DNA of 64,000 nt from Tubiluchus corallicola (lineage: Eukaryota; Animalia; Priapulida): contig JAQGDQ010000165.1 of the NCBI GenBank assembly GCA_030141605.1, positions 248,001-312,000 of the forward strand, written 5' to 3'. The notes under the pieces are model-generated. The model saw only the letters and a program-made list of their open reading frames with translations. It did not search any database and had not been told where the DNA came from. Made by a program: the position numbers and the translations under genes. Below are positions 53,310 through 64,000 of this stretch, in pieces; the stretch's first letter is position 1, and every line of letters begins with the position of its first letter.

Positions 53310-64000
<10,691 letters not shown>

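Overview
AT-rich, intron-rich animal (invertebrate-like) genomic DNA. All four host genes are on the minus strand. In transcription order they are: the 3' part of SUZ12 (PRC2 subunit; 10 exons visible, 53310->64000); two tandem, apparently intact 10-exon mitochondrial-clan cytochrome P450 paralogs (copy B 30919-42544, 529 aa; copy A 11142-26507, 526 aa); and an L-gulonolactone oxidase (GULO) whose CDS is a single exon (3585-4925). Introns and intergenic DNA hold degenerate LINEs, two Ty3/Gypsy remnants each abutting a LINE 5' half, an internally deleted hAT with an 8-bp TSD, MITEs (Kolobok-, piggyBac- and Tc1/pogo-like, plus foldbacks) and many minisatellites. The most interesting signals are: (1) a patchwork of near-identical and diverged blocks between the two CYPs, suggesting gene conversion; (2) reciprocal substitutions at normally conserved CYP residues (loss of a heme-binding Arg in A, loss of the post-ExxR Pro in B); (3) the intronless GULO CDS with Pro at the oxygen-gatekeeper position. 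I found no clear evidence of a wholly new biological system. Exon boundaries were read by hand from GT-AG sites and reading-phase continuity.
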